Sequence record: NC_031934.1
DNA: 64,000 nucleotides
Origin: Escherichia phage MX01
Reading direction: 5' to 3' (one strand)
Shown: one piece after another, positions 41,438 through 51,273 of the stretch
Layout: every line of letters starts with the position of its first letter
How positions within the stretch are numbered: the stretch's first letter is position 1
Program-made: the position numbers and the translations under genes
Notes under the pieces: model-generated
Databases searched by the model: none
What the model was told of the DNA's origin: nothing
Seen by the model: the letters and a program-made list of their open reading frames with translations, nothing else

Positions 41438-41453
41438 ATTATAAATCAATAAC

Positions 41454-42365
41454 TTATAGACCCGCTAACAGGTCGTCCAGACCATCGTCATCAGAAGGAC
41501 TTACTGACGGCTCAGGAGTAGTGGAACGAGTCGGTGTAGATGGTTTGGAGTCATATGCATCAAGGTCTGCACTGAATGCGTCCAGGTCATCACCAATCTT
41601 ATCAGCGGCTGCAGAAGCTTTAGCGGCAGCACCACCAAGAGCAGCTGTACCAACAACTTTCTTAAACTTAGCTTCGTTAGTTTCGAATGATTTGAAATCG
41701 AGCAGTTTAGAAAGGTCGTGCATTTCTTCCATCAATTTAGCTTGGTAAGCTTCATCATTGATGTTAGGAATTTCAGACTGACCCATGAATTTGGAATCGT
41801 CGTAGTTCTTGAAGTCGCCAACTTTCTTAGATTTCAGTACGAAGTTCGCACCATCAAACGGACATGTTACGTCAACCGGCACTTCACCAATATCAGTATC
41901 AACTTCAACCATCTGGTTGATTTTATCCATAATTTTCTGACCGAAACGGAATTTAAACACTTTACCTTCGTTAGCAGGCACTGCACTGTCCTTAATAACA
42001 AGGATGTTAGCCCAGAAGGAAGTTTTACGTTTCATCAGTTTGTATTCGGCATTATTAGTATTAAAGGTATCATTCTGGTTCATGTATTTACATACAGGAC
42101 ATGAATCGAAATCACCATGAGTAGACGTACATGATTCGATATACCACTGACCATTTTTCTTAAAACCATGGTTAACAAGCTTAATGAATGGGGATGGATT
42201 AGCTTCGTTTTTCGAAGGAAGGAATCGAATAACTGCGGTTCCTACGCCATTGTCATCTTTCAATTTCCATTCGGATTTGTCATCAGACGAGAAAGAAGAG
42301 CCACCTTTCATTGCAGACAGTTGAGCAGCAAGTTCAGCAGGATTACGGCGTTTAAACATAGACAT
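41454..42365 (-). CDS. 32: Single-stranded DNA-binding protein gp32
   Basis: 303 aa; [10 protein letters not shown], zinc-site Cys/His cluster and acidic C-terminus [12 protein letters not shown] match T4 gp32 as recalled. Confidence 0.9.
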   Translation of the reverse strand: MSMFKRRNPAELAAQLSAMKGGSSFSSDDKSEWKLKDDNGVGTAVIRFLPSKNEANPSPFIKLVNHGFKKNGQWYIESCTSTHGDFDSCPVCKYMNQNDTFNTNNAEYKLMKRKTSFWANILVIKDSAVPANEGKVFKFRFGQKIMDKINQMVEVDTDIGEVPVDVTCPFDGANFVLKSKKVGDFKNYDDSKFMGQSEIPNINDEAYQAKLMEEMHDLSKLLDFKSFETNEAKFKKVVGTAALGGAAAKASAAADKIGDDLDAFSADLDAYDSKPSTPTRSTTPEPSVSPSDDDGLDDLLAGL

Positions 42366-42463
42366 ATTATTTACCTTATTTGATATATTTAATAAATTTA
42401 TTAACAGTTGTTGTTATCACGTTTACCTTGATAACTAGGTTTTGAAGATGAAGTAATTATATA
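42366..42463 (-). promoter_or_regulatory. Gene 32 AU-rich mRNA leader (candidate autoregulatory translational operator)
   Basis: 98-nt highly AT-rich untranslated leader upstream of gene 32; T4 gene 32 is translationally autoregulated through such a leader. Confidence 0.45.
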
Positions 42464-43081
42464 TCACTTCGAATAAAGCATTTTCAACTTAATGAATTCA
42501 GGGTCATCATTAGGAACCCAACCCTCATTAAATTGTTTAATCATACTCTTTGATGTAGTTTCACTAACATTTATACCAGAGTTAATGAGACGCCTCCATC
42601 CACAAGCTCTTCCACTAGAATTAATTATACAATAATTAGTATAAGCAATATCACTAAGCATCCAATCTAAAGGGTTTGCTCTAGAAGTTTTCCAAGGACG
42701 GTAATCAGGTTGATTCATATAGTTAGCAGCTTTCATATGGGCTCTAACTTCAGGACGTTTGGCTGGGTGAGTGCATCCAAAGACTCCAAATCCGCCACCG
42801 GCATAAACCAAATTAAAATAATCATCATTATCTCTAGCTTGAACTTCCAATTGTTCTGAACGTTCAATATTAATAACAATATCAAATGGCGTTATAGCCA
42901 AAATTTCAACAATAGGTTTTTCTTCTTCGATGGCCTCTTTAAATCTTGATTGCTCGCAAGAGGTCCAATACTCTTTACCTTTACAGTCAATAATCACGCC
43001 ATTTTCAAAAGTACAATTAGTTTTAGAACCTATGTACGAAAACGGCTTAATATTATTAGCCTGACGATTAAGCCAAGTCAT
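42464..43081 (-). CDS. Hypothetical protein (205 aa) between genes 59 and 32
   Basis: ATG start 14 nt after the gene 59 stop, no obvious Shine-Dalgarno; Cys-containing; glycine loop YAGGGFGVFGCTHP; no GIY-YIG or HNH motif seen. Confidence 0.5.
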   Translation of the reverse strand: MTWLNRQANNIKPFSYIGSKTNCTFENGVIIDCKGKEYWTSCEQSRFKEAIEEEKPIVEILAITPFDIVINIERSEQLEVQARDNDDYFNLVYAGGGFGVFGCTHPAKRPEVRAHMKAANYMNQPDYRPWKTSRANPLDWMLSDIAYTNYCIINSSGRACGWRRLINSGINVSETTSKSMIKQFNEGWVPNDDPEFIKLKMLYSK

Positions 43082-43095
43082 TTTATAAACTATAT

Positions 43096-43749
43096 TCAAA
43101 ATTTGCAACCCTTAATTGTTTCAATGAACAATTTACGAGCTTCTAAATTATCGATTATAAGAATTTTCTTATAAGCATTTAATTTAGTCGAATACTTAGA
43201 CCATACTAAATCGTTGGTCTGTTCATCATGTTTATCAATTATATCCATAAATGAATCAAGCAAAATAAACGTTTCGAATGAAATAACATTCGATTGAAGG
43301 AGCTTAAAAATATAGCTCGAGTTAACTTTTTTATTATAATCAAAAATTTCAGAAAGCGATTGAACTTCCACTTTCTTACTGAAATAATAAATGTTTTTGA
43401 TATCATCCTCAAAAACTTGTTTTATTCTTTTAAGTCTACCGATATATTCTCGGTAAAAGACTAAGGCGTCAGCATCACTGATGTCGCCAATCCATGCGTC
43501 TTGGTTAGCTACCAAGTTACTCATGAAAATAAGAGCAAGCTCTTTCAAAGTGTATTTATCACTCAATTTCTCAAAGAAATATTTGTCACGACGTTTTTGG
43601 TAAGCCGTATCAGAGATTCGCATGACCCAGTTATATTTTATAACGTCGTATTTGGCATTGAAGTGATGTTTGAGCATTAAGTATAGTGAATATACGCTCT
43701 TACCATTCACCATACGGTTATTGTTTGGTGGCATGCGAATCTTAATCAT
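43096..43749 (-). CDS. 59: Helicase loader gp59
   Basis: 217 aa; MIKIRMP..., SNLVANQDAWIGDISDADALVFYREYIGRLK match T4 gp59 as recalled. Confidence 0.9.
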   Translation of the reverse strand: MIKIRMPPNNNRMVNGKSVYSLYLMLKHHFNAKYDVIKYNWVMRISDTAYQKRRDKYFFEKLSDKYTLKELALIFMSNLVANQDAWIGDISDADALVFYREYIGRLKRIKQVFEDDIKNIYYFSKKVEVQSLSEIFDYNKKVNSSYIFKLLQSNVISFETFILLDSFMDIIDKHDEQTNDLVWSKYSTKLNAYKKILIIDNLEARKLFIETIKGCKF

Positions 43750-44048
43750 AACAAGAAATCCAGGGTATTAGTCTTTTGCGTTCGGGCCATTGAAGGTCGA
43801 AGCAAGTTATCATCAATGGCCTCGTTCATAATTTTATCAATAATTCCTGCAGGCAAATAACGAGCAAAGTTACCTTCAGGAATGCTGTTCTCTTCCAACC
43901 ATGCGGTAGCCGCTTCGAGGTAACTACAACCTTCAGCCTCAACAAAGGCCTCAATATCAAGACCATTCTGTTGTTTGTTTACCAATACATGGACAGGTTC
44001 GGAAGCGGTATTAACCGCTCCATCAAAATCATTCAAAGATTGTGTCAT
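43746..44048 (-). CDS. 33: Late transcription co-activator gp33
   Basis: 100 aa with C-terminal NTLDFLL tail as in T4 gp33. Confidence 0.8.
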   Translation of the reverse strand: MTQSLNDFDGAVNTASEPVHVLVNKQQNGLDIEAFVEAEGCSYLEAATAWLEENSIPEGNFARYLPAGIIDKIMNEAIDDNLLRPSMARTQKTNTLDFLL

Positions 44049-44307
44049 ACAGTTCTACCACTTCAGTTTTTTCGTCTTCGAAACGTTCACGAGTGCCTTT
44101 ATGGTACAGGGAGAACAGTTGGTTAAACATTTTACCGTCTACACCAAGTTCAGTCTTAGCACGGTCTTTGATATCTTTAATTTCGTCACCGTAAGCTTCC
44201 ATTTTTAATTTAGTATCGGAAGCAGACTTAATCAGTTGTGCCAATGTATTACCATGTTCTTCTTGATTGAATTCAACTTTCACTTTTTCTTTAGCCATTA
44301 TATTCAC
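44029..44307 (-). CDS. dsbA: dsDNA-binding protein DsbA
   Basis: 92 aa; ELGVDGKMFN and VVELYDT match T4 DsbA as recalled. Confidence 0.8.
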   Translation of the reverse strand: MNIMAKEKVKVEFNQEEHGNTLAQLIKSASDTKLKMEAYGDEIKDIKDRAKTELGVDGKMFNQLFSLYHKGTRERFEDEKTEVVELYDTIFE

Positions 44308-44308
44308 C

Positions 44309-45256
44309 TTAATAAAAATCAGCTACTGTAGCGGTTAGTTTAGACAAACCAGATTTAACGAAATAAGGATAAACTTTAGATTTCGAAGGTTTGTTATACG
44401 TATTATATCTTTCAGTAATTAAAGCAACAATATCATCTGGAATAAAGTCCATATCAATTAAGATTTGGTTTTCACAGAAACGTTCATATTGTTCTTCAGT
44501 AAGAAGTGTTTTAATTATATCATGGTCGTAATAATTAAGAGCAATTGCTTCAAGTTCCTTGGCACGAGTGCTAGGAGTACGTTCGCCTTCAACCATCGTC
44601 AACCAGTAATCACCACGAACTTTAATACTCGCGACGTTATCCTTGCGGTCGCCTTTAACAACCTTAGTTACACAATCCAATAATGAATCGCCAGATTTTG
44701 TTTTGACGAATTTTTTCTGCATTGGAGACCATTGTTTTACCCCAGGGAATTTATGGAGTTGGGTAAAGTCACCATCCGAAGAACCGATCATAACAGGATG
44801 GCCTAAAGTTGTAAGGATACGGGTTAAAACAGCAATATGGTCGTCAGCTTCGATTGTATCGATATTCATAACAATATAAGGCATGTTTTGTTCCAGTTCA
44901 TCAACAATAATATGCATTGCTGTGAATAAACCTTCCCAATCAAATGGTGATTCGTCACGTGCCTTAGCACGGTTTTTCTTATAATAAGGTGAATAGCGAC
45001 GACGCCAATAACCTGATTTAGAGTTATCAACACAAATAACCAGTTGGTTGTAACCTTGTTTACGGAAGTCTTTAATGTTTTTCTTAATTGAATTCAACAC
45101 GAGGTGTCGAAGCATTGCTGTAGTTACTTTAGGAAATCCAGCATTCTCACCAAACTCTTGGAAAGCTGCAGCCATAATGATTTGGCTGAAATCTAGGAGT
45201 AAAAATCCATCTTTTTGTTGGTCTTCTTCAGGAAGTAAAAAATCTAAATCGTTCAT
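44309..45256 (-). CDS. rnh: RNase H (5'-3' exonuclease)
   Basis: 315 aa; ADDHIAVL and SSDGDFTQLHK match T4 RNase H as recalled. Confidence 0.9.
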   Translation of the reverse strand: MNDLDFLLPEEDQQKDGFLLLDFSQIIMAAAFQEFGENAGFPKVTTAMLRHLVLNSIKKNIKDFRKQGYNQLVICVDNSKSGYWRRRYSPYYKKNRAKARDESPFDWEGLFTAMHIIVDELEQNMPYIVMNIDTIEADDHIAVLTRILTTLGHPVMIGSSDGDFTQLHKFPGVKQWSPMQKKFVKTKSGDSLLDCVTKVVKGDRKDNVASIKVRGDYWLTMVEGERTPSTRAKELEAIALNYYDHDIIKTLLTEEQYERFCENQILIDMDFIPDDIVALITERYNTYNKPSKSKVYPYFVKSGLSKLTATVADFY

Positions 45257-45287
45257 ATGAACCTCTGTTCAAGTAGTTGAGAGGTCC

Positions 45288-45316
45288 ATTATATCATGGG
45301 TTTTAAGGAAGTAAAC
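45288..45316 (-). promoter_or_regulatory. Early promoter for rnh
   Basis: Minus-sense GTTTAC, 17-nt spacer, TATAAT. Confidence 0.55.
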
Positions 45317-45323
45317 ATCTTGC

Positions 45324-45331
45324 TATAAATA
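45324..45331 (+). promoter_or_regulatory. Late promoter TATAAATA for gene 34
   Basis: Exact TATAAATA 33 nt upstream of the gene 34 ATG. Confidence 0.6.
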
Positions 45332-45363
45332 GTTCTATACCCTGAAAACGAAAAGGAAATAAA

Positions 45364-48300
45364 ATGGCCGATATTTTAAAACCTGCCTTCCGTGCTACAT
45401 CCGGACTCGATGCTGCAGGCGAGAAAGTTATCAATGTTGCCAAAGCCGATTACAATGTATTAGACGACGGCGTCAACGTTGAATTCTTTATAGATGAGAA
45501 CACCATCCAGGCGTACGACGAGACGCGTGGATATAAGAAAGGGTTTGCAGTAATCCATGACCAACGTATCTGGGTTGCTCAGCGTGATATCGATGCTCCG
45601 GCAGGAACCTTTACACCAGGTTATTGGACAGCAACTCGTACCGACCCTAAGTGGATTACCGTAGCGTCTCCTACACGCCAACTGGCTTCCGGTGAATATA
45701 TTGCGGTGGATTCCGCTGCTAGCTTTACTACATTTACCCTGCCTCCTAACCCTACAGATGGCGATACCGTTGTAATTAAAGATATTGGTGGACGTGTCGG
45801 TTATAATGAAATCAAGGTCCAATCTAGTTCTGCACCTGGTGCCGGTAACCAGAAAATTGTTCGTTTTGGTAATCAGTTCTCTGAAACCCTGATAACCAAA
45901 CCATTTTCTTATAACATGCTTATCTTTGCTAACCGTCTTTGGCATTTCTGGGAAGCAGGTAACGAAGAACGTGGTATCCGTGTAGAACCTAACACCGCTC
46001 AGTTCCAATCACAAGCCGGTGATAACGTTTTACGTCGTTATACTTCAGGTGCAGTAATTAAATTTACTCTTCCTAAGTATGCAAACCAGGGTGATATGAT
46101 TAAAACCGTTGATATTGATGGTTTAGGAAGTAAGTTCCACTTAATCGTCGAAACATTTGATGCTTCGTCTTCATTAGGTAAGCTTGGTCAGCATAGCATG
46201 GAATTCCGTACCTCCGGTGATGGATTCTTCGTTTATAACTCTAACGAAAAATTATGGTATGTTTGGGACGGCGACCGTCAAACTCGTTTACGCGTAATTC
46301 GTGACGATGTTGAGCTCTTGGCTAATGAAAGTGTCATTGTTTTTGGTCCTAATAATACAACGCCGCAGACGATTAATATCACATTACCTACAGGTGTAGC
46401 CCAGGGTGATGTAGTTAAGATTGCTCTGAACTATCTCCGTAAAGCTCAGACGGTAAATATTAAGGCTGCTGTAGGAGATAAAATTGCTTCATCTGTCCAG
46501 CTGCTTCAATTCCCTAAACGTTCGGAATATCCGCCAGAAACCGAATGGGTATTGAATGATGTACTGACCTTTAATGGTAATATAAGTTATACTCCGGTTA
46601 TTGAACTGAGTTATATCGAAGACACCACTATAGGTGGCAAATATTGGGTTGTTGCTCAGAACGTTCCTACTATAGAACGTGTAGATTCTAAAGATGATTT
46701 AACTCGTGCTCGTTTAGGTGTTATTGCCCTTGCGTCCCAGACTCAAGCAAACGTTGACCACGAAAATAATCCTGAGAAAGAACTTGCAATTACTCCACAG
46801 ACTTTAGCTAATCGTGTAGCGACTGAATCTCGTCGTGGTATTGCTCGTATTGCTACTACTGCTCAGGTGAACCAGGACACAACCTTCGCATTCCAGGACG
46901 ATTTGATTATTTCTCCTAAGAAATTAAACGAACGTACTGCAACCGAAACTCGTCGTGGTGTTGCTGAAATTGCTACGCAAGTTGAAACTAACACGGGTAC
47001 AGATGATACTACAATCATCACTCCTAAGAAGCTACAAGCACGCCAGGGTTCGGAAAGTCTTTCAGGTATTGTAACATATACCTCTACTGTAGGAACCACT
47101 CCTGCGACTGCTAGAGACACTGTAGGTACTAACGTTTATAATAAGAACGTTGGCAATTTGGTTATTTCTCCTAAAGCTCTCGACCAGTATAAAGCTACCC
47201 AAGTTCAACAGGGTACAGTATATCTTTCTAACCAATCTGAAGTTAACGCAGGTCAAACTGCAAGTGGATTTGCCAACAGTGCTGTTTCTCCGGAAACATT
47301 ACATGCTCGTGTGGCTCTTGATACTCGTACAGGGTTAATTGAAATTGCTACGCAAGCAGAGACTGATACTGGAACAGATTATACTCGTGCGGTAACGCCT
47401 AAAACGTTAAATGATAGGAAAGCTACGGAAGGATTGACTGGTATTGCTAGAATTGCAACACAGGTAGAATTTGATGCTGGTACGTTAGATAATGTTATTT
47501 CAACTCCGTTGAAAGTTAAAACACGTTTTAATGATACTGCTAGAACTTCTGTCTCAGCAGCCAGTGGTTTGGTTGAATCAGGAACCTTATGGAACCATTA
47601 TACACTAGATATTAGAGAAGCAAATGAGACACAACGTGGTACTGCTCGCCTGGCGACCCAGACCGAAGTCAACGTTGGTACCGATGATAAAACTATCATC
47701 ACTCCTTTGAAATTGCATTCTAAAAAATCTACTGAAAGTTCTGAAGGTATTATTCGTGTTGCAACGAATACCGAAACAACCGCAGGAACTTCTAAAGTTC
47801 TGGCTGTAAGCCCTTCTGGTTTAAAATATGTAGTACAGACCGAAACCACTTGGGAAGCTACTGCCCTTCGTCGCGGATTTGTTAAACTAACCGAAGGTGC
47901 TTTAACCTATTCAGGAAATAAAGTTACTGGTTCTGGTGTTAAATTTAACTCAGGTACAGGCCTTTACGAGAACGACGATACTGTTCTGAACGCAGCTAAC
48001 TACCCTAAAACAGGTTATGCTGTTTCATCTTACGAGATGAATAAAACTTTACAGAACTTTTTACCTATAAATGCTACGGCAGTGAACTCCGAGAAATTGG
48101 ATGGCCTAGATTCACTTCAGTTCATTCGTAGAGACGTCGACCAAACGGTTAATGGTTCTTTAACGTTGACAAAACAATTGAACCTGGCAGCTCCTCTGGT
48201 GTCTTCTAGTACGGCTAATATTACCGGCAACACTATTTTAGGTTCTCTAGAAGTAACTGGAAATTCTACTTTTAAAAATGATGTATCTGTTAGCTCAGGT

Positions 48301-49413
48301 AAATCTATTAAATTTGTAGGGCCCCAGTCAGGTGCAGGTACTTGGAACTCTCAAGGTGATACTTTAGCTCCGATTTTTGCCGAGATAAATTCGACCCCAG
48401 ATGCCAAGTTCCATCCTATTGTTAAACAACGTTTAGGGCAAGGTACGTTCTCTTTAGGCACTGTAAATGATGGAACTCGTGATTTTAAAATACATTATCT
48501 TCCATCGCCGGGTTCTTTAGAATCTTTCTACTGGACCTTTAATACGACCGGTGACTTTGCTGTTAATAGTGGTTCTATTAGTATTTCCAAGAACGCTAAT
48601 ATCACAGGTACAACTACTTCTAACGGTGTTTCTACAACCACACTAAATGCTTCTGCTCTGTCTTCGTTGCAAAACGTAACTACTTCAGGTACTATCGTTT
48701 CTACCGGACAGGTATCTGCAAATAATGGTTTGGTTGCTCAAAAATACGTTCGTTCTGTTGGTGTTAAACCTACATTAGCATCGCAGGTTCCTACTGCAGA
48801 AACAGTTGGCTTCTGGTCTGTTGATATCAATGATTCGGCCACATTTAACCTGTTCCCAGGTTATTGGACGATGAAAACGAAACGTCAGGTTAATATTGAC
48901 ACGGTCCAAACTAAACCTGCTGGTGTTTCTGATGAGATATGGAATGCTTCTGGTTGGTTAACAGAAACGGGTGCATTTAGTTCTCCGGCTATTCGTTATC
49001 GTAACGAAGACGGTAGTTTTGGTGACGAAGTTCTCGGTACATCAGGTCAGAAATTACGTGGTACTTGGTTTGATTATTCTGTTCGTGATAAGGAAGTTAA
49101 ATATCCTGGTACGTTAACCCAGTTTGGTAATACTCTGGATTCATGTTATCAGGATTGGGTGTGCTATCCTACAGGATTGAATGGTGGTACTATTCGTTAT
49201 ACACGTACCTGGCAGAAAAATAAAAACGCATGGACTACGTTCTCTATGGTCTATACCGCAGATAACCCTCCTTCTGCGGAAGAGGTTGGTGCATTGCCTG
49301 CTGATAACGCTACAATGGGTAACATTACAATCCTTGATTGGTTACGTATTGGTAACGTTCGTATTATTCCTGACCCAGTCACTAAATCCGTTAAGTTTGA
49401 GTGGATTGAATAA
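45364..49413 (+). CDS. 34: Long tail fibre proximal subunit gp34
   Basis: 1349 aa; conserved ends and internal repeat block match T4 gp34 as recalled. Confidence 0.9.
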   Translation: MADILKPAFRATSGLDAAGEKVINVAKADYNVLDDGVNVEFFIDENTIQAYDETRGYKKGFAVIHDQRIWVAQRDIDAPAGTFTPGYWTATRTDPKWITVASPTRQLASGEYIAVDSAASFTTFTLPPNPTDGDTVVIKDIGGRVGYNEIKVQSSSAPGAGNQKIVRFGNQFSETLITKPFSYNMLIFANRLWHFWEAGNEERGIRVEPNTAQFQSQAGDNVLRRYTSGAVIKFTLPKYANQGDMIKTVDIDGLGSKFHLIVETFDASSSLGKLGQHSMEFRTSGDGFFVYNSNEKLWYVWDGDRQTRLRVIRDDVELLANESVIVFGPNNTTPQTINITLPTGVAQGDVVKIALNYLRKAQTVNIKAAVGDKIASSVQLLQFPKRSEYPPETEWVLNDVLTFNGNISYTPVIELSYIEDTTIGGKYWVVAQNVPTIERVDSKDDLTRARLGVIALASQTQANVDHENNPEKELAITPQTLANRVATESRRGIARIATTAQVNQDTTFAFQDDLIISPKKLNERTATETRRGVAEIATQVETNTGTDDTTIITPKKLQARQGSESLSGIVTYTSTVGTTPATARDTVGTNVYNKNVGNLVISPKALDQYKATQVQQGTVYLSNQSEVNAGQTASGFANSAVSPETLHARVALDTRTGLIEIATQAETDTGTDYTRAVTPKTLNDRKATEGLTGIARIATQVEFDAGTLDNVISTPLKVKTRFNDTARTSVSAASGLVESGTLWNHYTLDIREANETQRGTARLATQTEVNVGTDDKTIITPLKLHSKKSTESSEGIIRVATNTETTAGTSKVLAVSPSGLKYVVQTETTWEATALRRGFVKLTEGALTYSGNKVTGSGVKFNSGTGLYENDDTVLNAANYPKTGYAVSSYEMNKTLQNFLPINATAVNSEKLDGLDSLQFIRRDVDQTVNGSLTLTKQLNLAAPLVSSSTANITGNTILGSLEVTGNSTFKNDVSVSSGKSIKFVGPQSGAGTWNSQGDTLAPIFAEINSTPDAKFHPIVKQRLGQGTFSLGTVNDGTRDFKIHYLPSPGSLESFYWTFNTTGDFAVNSGSISISKNANITGTTTSNGVSTTTLNASALSSLQNVTTSGTIVSTGQVSANNGLVAQKYVRSVGVKPTLASQVPTAETVGFWSVDINDSATFNLFPGYWTMKTKRQVNIDTVQTKPAGVSDEIWNASGWLTETGAFSSPAIRYRNEDGSFGDEVLGTSGQKLRGTWFDYSVRDKEVKYPGTLTQFGNTLDSCYQDWVCYPTGLNGGTIRYTRTWQKNKNAWTTFSMVYTADNPPSAEEVGALPADNATMGNITILDWLRIGNVRIIPDPVTKSVKFEWIE
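46825..47830 (+). repeat. Internal tandem repeats in gp34 coding sequence (about 35-aa units, six copies)
   Basis: Six copies of motif E(T/S)RRG.A.IAT..E.N.GTD.T..ITPKKL read in the translation. Confidence 0.7.
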
Positions 49414-49421
49414 GAGGTATT

Positions 49422-50543
49422 ATGGAAAGATTTATGGCAGAATTTGGACAAGGATATGTCCAGGTTCCTACATTATCTGAAAACAATGCTGTAAGGTATA
49501 AACTTAGTATAGCGGGTAGTTGTACTAAGTCTACCACAAAAGCATATGTTAAATTTCAAGATGGGGACTTCGGTCCCCAGAATTTTCAAAATGGATTAAA
49601 CCTTATAGAAATCGATGTTAGTGCTGAACCCAAAATAGTGGCTAACAAAACTTATAGTTTTACAAAAGATTTTGATGTTATCTCTGAAGCTTTTATAACG
49701 TATATAAATTCTATACCAGCCAATAGAATAGTTTGTTTAGTATCTTCTGGTAGATTAAATGCTTCACAAAAACTTATCGATTGGTTCCGTGCAGCAGGAA
49801 GTACCGCATTTCCATCTAAATGGCTAATAGACCGCTTCGAGCCGTCTTATTCGGCATTTTATGTTTCAGGAAGGAATACCATAGTAATGGAACATGTGCT
49901 TTATAATGATGGGGTGTTTGTCGAAGATGTTTCTACTCCATTAGAAGTGGTATTTGATGATATCAGCGACGTCGGTGGTACAGGATATCCTGTCAGAATT
50001 GTTGAAGACGAAAGCACTTATCTAAGCAATGATGGAGATGAAATTAAGCGATTTCCTACCGAATCTCCTACCACCCCATTAACAGATTATAATATGAAAC
50101 CAGGTGAATTCTTTTACCTTAAGTTTCAATTAATGTGCGACCAAGCTTTAAAAGATGTCGGGACCTCTCAGATGTCTGTTAGATTTTTTAATGCCTCAGG
50201 TGCTTTAACCGGGACAGTTAATATGGACGTTCCTTCCAACGTTCCTGCTGGTGCATGGATGACATTTGAACGGGTTGTAATGGTTCCTGAAGGTACTACA
50301 GACTTTACCCTTTATGCCAGAAAAACAGCTTCGGCCGGACAAGGTGGAGTTCGAAATGTTATGTTCGGTGAGATATCTGAATCAGAACCTCAGCCAAAAC
50401 CTGCTGAATTTGGTGTTAACGGTATTCGTATGAACTTTGGTACGGAAACTAAAAATATGGGTACTACCATAGCCCAGCTATATGATAAAACAGGCACTAA
50501 ACCTGGTCAGGTTTGGGTCGCTGAATTTAGAGAAAAATATTAA
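49422..50543 (+). CDS. 35: Long tail fibre hinge protein gp35
   Basis: 373 aa, T4 gp35 size and position. Confidence 0.85.
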   Translation: MERFMAEFGQGYVQVPTLSENNAVRYKLSIAGSCTKSTTKAYVKFQDGDFGPQNFQNGLNLIEIDVSAEPKIVANKTYSFTKDFDVISEAFITYINSIPANRIVCLVSSGRLNASQKLIDWFRAAGSTAFPSKWLIDRFEPSYSAFYVSGRNTIVMEHVLYNDGVFVEDVSTPLEVVFDDISDVGGTGYPVRIVEDESTYLSNDGDEIKRFPTESPTTPLTDYNMKPGEFFYLKFQLMCDQALKDVGTSQMSVRFFNASGALTGTVNMDVPSNVPAGAWMTFERVVMVPEGTTDFTLYARKTASAGQGGVRNVMFGEISESEPQPKPAEFGVNGIRMNFGTETKNMGTTIAQLYDKTGTKPGQVWVAEFREKY

Positions 50544-50567
50544 GGAACCTTCGGGTTCCTTTTTCGT
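50543..50567 (+). terminator. UUCG-tetraloop terminator after gene 35
   Basis: AAGGAACC-UUCG-GGUUCCUU followed by a T-run. Confidence 0.7.
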
Positions 50568-50617
50568 TTTTACAGCCATAAATATATAAAAGGCTATAAC
50601 TCCCAAAGGAAACTCAA

Positions 50618-51265
50618 ATGGCAGATTTAAAATTAGGTTCTACAGCAGGAGGTTCGGTATTATGGCACCAAGGTAATTTTCCCTTAACGCCTGTATCAAA
50701 TGACCTTCTTTACAAAACATATAAAGTTTACACCGAATATAATAAACCACAAGCCACTGATAACGATTTTGTTTCAAAAGCAAATGGTGGTAATTATAAG
50801 AATAACGTGTATTTTGAAAAAGGGCTGACCTTTAATGATACTAATGGATACGGTATTAAATTAGGAGCAAGAACTGGCGGAGCACCGTTCACGGCTTCTT
50901 TCCGTATTAAAGGCGCTTTTGGATATGAAACGGAAGACGGTACTCCGTTCATGATATTCAACCCAAGTACAGTAGTAGGTGCTAAACGCCTTACAGTAAT
51001 GGGTGATTCATTATTCCGTCAAGTTTATGACGAATCAGGTCGTGTATTCAGCCCAGGCAACACCCCTACTAAAGCTCAAGTAGGATTATCGTTAGTAGAT
51101 AACGCAAAACAGGTCCAAATAAATAATACTAACATGCAAACAATGACCGGGGTACTTGCTGCTCCTAACTTTATTTCGCTGAATCCGGCCTCTGACGCAG
51201 GACACGTTCCTCGTTTTGACCAGATTGTTATTAAAGATTCTATTCAAGATTTTGGTTATTATTAA
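50618..51265 (+). CDS. 36: Long tail fibre hinge connector gp36
   Basis: 215 aa, T4 gp36 size and position. Confidence 0.85.
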   Translation: MADLKLGSTAGGSVLWHQGNFPLTPVSNDLLYKTYKVYTEYNKPQATDNDFVSKANGGNYKNNVYFEKGLTFNDTNGYGIKLGARTGGAPFTASFRIKGAFGYETEDGTPFMIFNPSTVVGAKRLTVMGDSLFRQVYDESGRVFSPGNTPTKAQVGLSLVDNAKQVQINNTNMQTMTGVLAAPNFISLNPASDAGHVPRFDQIVIKDSIQDFGYY

Positions 51266-51273
51266 GAGGCATT

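Noticed and set aside
42464-43108. Possible segG-type GIY-YIG homing endonuclease in the gene 32-59 slot
   Set aside because: No GIY-YIG or HNH motif in the translation, so it is called only as a hypothetical protein; the ORF-track start at 43108 is a TTG inside the end of gene 59 and was replaced by the ATG at 43081.
45460-46008. 182-aa minus-strand ORF
   Set aside because: Antisense to the 5' part of gene 34, which is strongly supported; no promoter or Shine-Dalgarno.
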